Part shown: in pieces, positions 63,800-64,000 of the stretch | Layout: each line of letters begins with the position of its first letter | Numbering within the stretch: the stretch's first letter is position 1 | Source: a virus | Length of the DNA: 64,000 bases | Strand: one strand, 5' to 3' | Virus record (IMG/VR): IMGVR_UViG_3300009159_000050 | Location: 1-64,000 of that record | Position numbers and translations under genes: made by a program | Notes under the pieces: generated by a model | Databases searched by the model: none | Told to the model about the DNA's origin: nothing | What the model saw: the letters and a program-made list of their open reading frames with translations, nothing else

Positions 63800-64000
63800 T
63801 TACTCTCCAGATCTTATGCTAAATGTTTGAGTTTCTGGATCATATACTGATCCTACTCCAGCTGTTCCACCATCTTCAATCATATTGCCTGTTACGTCAA
63901 GGATAGTAGGGTTGCTTGTAAATATTGCAGCCAGTCTTTCGTCTGTATGCAAAATATCAACCAATTCATTATCTATAACAAAAGCTATTTTAATTGGAGG
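63800..64000 (-). CDS. hypothetical protein (5' end outside window)
   Basis: open frame PPIKIAFVIDNELVDILHTDERLAAIF...GSVYDPETQTF. Confidence 0.5.
   Translation of the reverse strand, partial: PPIKIAFVIDNELVDILHTDERLAAIFTSNPTILDVTGNMIEDGGTAGVGSVYDPETQTFSIRSGE

Noticed and set aside
1-64000. Prophage or integrative element
   Set aside because: No integrase, att-linked host genes or rRNA in the window; this cannot be excluded for the rest of the genome.

Overview
This window is part of a large, AT-rich dsDNA tailed-phage genome. An actinobacterial host, probably freshwater, is inferred from WhiB, FmdB-type and XapX-type genes, many leaderless promoters and host-like surface proteins. The gene set resembles Streptomyces cluster BE/BK-type large siphoviruses; this is an inference. 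Layout: tail and structural genes (1-4.9 kb, minus strand); a promoter-dense accessory or early region of small genes (about 5-20 kb); auxiliary genes, tRNAs and a glycosylation island (20-33 kb); then a minus-strand block with WhiB, endolysin, Hsp20, surface proteins, terminase, RuvC, Cas4-like nuclease, RecA, DnaE, SSB, primase and DnaB. The strongest signal is non-coding. The early region is built from repeated regulatory cassettes carrying 9 promoters with the exact actinobacterial DNA-damage (RecA-NDp/PafBC) geometry TGTCAG-N10-TANNNT, 9 perfect CRP/GlxR sites (7 sites at helically phased distances from promoters), DnaA boxes, a GC-rich boundary motif and a covarying 3'-UTR RNA pseudoknot. 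It also has a symmetric divergent hub with a 26-bp-period array, and the whole region is bracketed by an inverted ~40-bp motif. All calls come from reading the sequence by eye; no database searches were run.
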